Below are positions 62,097 to 64,000 of a stretch of DNA of 64,000 bases, piece by piece (the stretch's first letter is position 1; each line of letters begins with the position of its first letter). The position numbers were made by a program, and so were the translations under genes. Where the stretch lies: the NCBI GenBank assembly GCA_051294905.1, contig CM119371.1:25174001-25238000 (forward strand), in the 5' to 3' direction. Below the pieces are notes generated by a model. That model searched no databases. It was not told the DNA's origin and saw only the letters and a program-made list of their open reading frames with translations. The DNA comes from Botryllus schlosseri. Taxonomy: Eukaryota.

Positions 62097-64000
62097 CGTC
62101 ATCGCTAAGGTTGGGCTCAATTTGACCTCAGGCGATCAAATATGTGAGCCATATTTTTATGTGCGGTCGGATTGTTCTTGCCAGACATGTAATCCTAAAT
62201 GGTGTTATACATTATCAATCGCAATAAAGCATTAGCTAATTATCGCTAATACCTAGCCGCTATGAGCTATTGATTGAGCATGGGTCAGATTTTGAAGGTA
62301 TAGTTGGCAGACTAAGTAATTATCTCCTCATTGTGATCGGATCGATTTCGACTGTTCGTGGCGTTTTCGCATTTTTTTTGTCATTTGGAGTCAACGAGGC
62401 ATGACGACAAGCTTTCAGAGGTCTTTGTTGGTCAGAGGAAGTCAGTTTTATCTAGATTGGGTGCGAACATAATGCTCAGGCTTACGGCAGAAGGGGTGTT
62501 AGCTCGGATTACCGAAGCGATATCGTCCGGTAGTCAAGGAGACGAAGATGAGTGTATTCCCGAACCAGCAGAGTTTGAGAGCTCTAAAGATGAAGAGCAA
62601 GATGATGAAGAAAATATTGGTGGAGCAGCTGACGCTATTGGGTGGTTAGGAAAAGACGGTACAGCGTTTTGGAAAAAGTCCGCTCCAACAGCTAGACGAA
62701 GAAGTTCAGCTAATTTGATTAATTTCCCCGGGTTTCACTGGGCCCACACTAGAAGCTGATAACTGCATTGATTATTGGAAGGTCTTCTTTGCACCACAAG
62801 TGATAGATTTACTTGTTGAATTTACAAACAAGAAGATACATGAAAAATCCCAAAACGACAAGGAGAAGTACACGGTGGGGCCAATAAATTCTGTTGAGAT
62901 GGAAGCTGTCATTGGTCTTCTTCTTCTGGCTGGGGTTCATAAAGGCTCAAAAGTGGCACTTGATGAGTTTTGGGCAGATGTCGGCACAGGACTTGAAATC
63001 TTCAAGATAACAATGTCACGCGAAAGATTTCAATTCCTTTTGCGATGTCTTCGATTTGATGACATTACTACACGCGAAGATAGAACAAATGACAAATTGA
63101 CGAAAATTCGAACAATATAGGATATGATATTGACCACCTTCAAGGAAAATTACGTGTTGTCCGAATTTGTGACAGTTGACGAAATGCTTTGGGGATTTTC
63201 AGGACGTTGTTCTTTCGCACAGTATATTCGAAACAAACCGGCAAAATATGGCATCAAACTACATGCCTTGTGTGATGCAAATAATTACTACACCCACAAT
63301 TTCGAAATTTATTGCGGGACTCAACCGGAAGGGCCGTACACAGTCGATAACTCAGCCAAAGCACTCGTGACACGGTTGGTGTCTGATATATCAGGATCTG
63401 GCCGAAATATCACATTCGATAACTGGTACACCAGTATACCATTCGTGGCGTCATTGCTCCATGACCACAAACTTACAGCAGTTGGCACTCTTCGGAAGAA
63501 CAAGAGAGAGATACGTCCTTCGTTCATTTCTGTGCAGGGGAGGGAGGTATAGAGCAGCATTTTTGGATTTCGAAGTGATATGACACTGCTGTCATATCTT
63601 CCAAAGGGAAAAAGCACAAAGAAAATTCTTACCATGTTGAGCAGCCAGCATCACGATGATAAAATTGATGAAAGCTCTGGTGAAGCTCGGAAACCAGATA
63701 TAAAAACATTTTATAATCATACAAAAGGTGACGTCGACGTGGCAGACAGAATGATGGCAAACTATTCCTGTTCCCGATTTAGTCGGCGCTGGCCTTTCAC
63801 GATCTTCTTTGGATTGATAAACTTGTCTGCATGAAACGGCTTTATATGATCTCTGCTGGCTAAAGGTAACCGCGTGAAGAAACAAACACACATAGGATTT
63901 GTAATGGAAATTGCACTGGCCCTAATAAAGAAACATGCAGTGGCCAGGCAATCAAATACTCACTTGGCCATCAGCACAAGACTCGCGTCTAAAATAATTT
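62097..64000 (+). mobile_element. Decayed piggyBac DNA transposon (runs off the window)
   Basis: Transposase remnant plus a piggyBac-like subterminal gggctcaatttgacc near 62115. TTAA was not seen, so the left end is approximate. Confidence 0.8.
62471..64000 (+). pseudogene. piggyBac (PGBD4-like) transposase pseudogene
   Basis: Motifs MSRERF..LRFDD, VTVDEML, KPAKYGIK, ITFDNWYTS, VGTLRKNK, YNHTKGDVDVAD, RRWP. Frameshift near 62730; in-frame stops at 63118, 63550 and 63832. Confidence 0.93.

Noticed and set aside
62358..63834. Domesticated or read-through piggyBac gene
   Set aside because: One frameshift and three stops of mixed type indicate ordinary decay.

Overview
Eukaryotic, AT-rich invertebrate genomic DNA. 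Short 60-70 nt introns and the receptor type suggest a tunicate or ascidian, but that is inference. The main host feature is a minus-strand multi-exon gene for an LDLa-repeat GPCR of the LGR/GRL101-like group. Its 3' 13 exons (27897 to stop at 8783) splice in phase. More LDLa and 'DGSDE' exons lie upstream to at least 59753, but their connectivity is only partly resolved. The last LDLa module joins TM1 directly, with no leucine-rich repeats. Just downstream is an apparently full-length, intact CR1-group (L2/Crack-like) LINE at 4138-8397, inserted in the terminal repeat of a foldback element. Introns are packed with nested hAT MITEs (8-bp TSDs), a 9-bp-TSD foldback and tRNA-derived SINEs, and a decayed piggyBac lies at the right edge. 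Most interesting signals: (1) a short repeat family carrying a minimal hammerhead-ribozyme motif with a predicted 7-bp pseudoknot, flanked by 12-bp TSDs and partly inverted (Penelope-like); (2) a cryptic intron in the LINE that would remove the ORF1 stop and fuse ORF1 to ORF2 in frame; (3) an exactly spaced Inr+DPE promoter at the LINE 5' end; (4) a receptor ectodomain built by tandem duplication of exon pairs. All coordinates were read by hand and may be off by a few bases.
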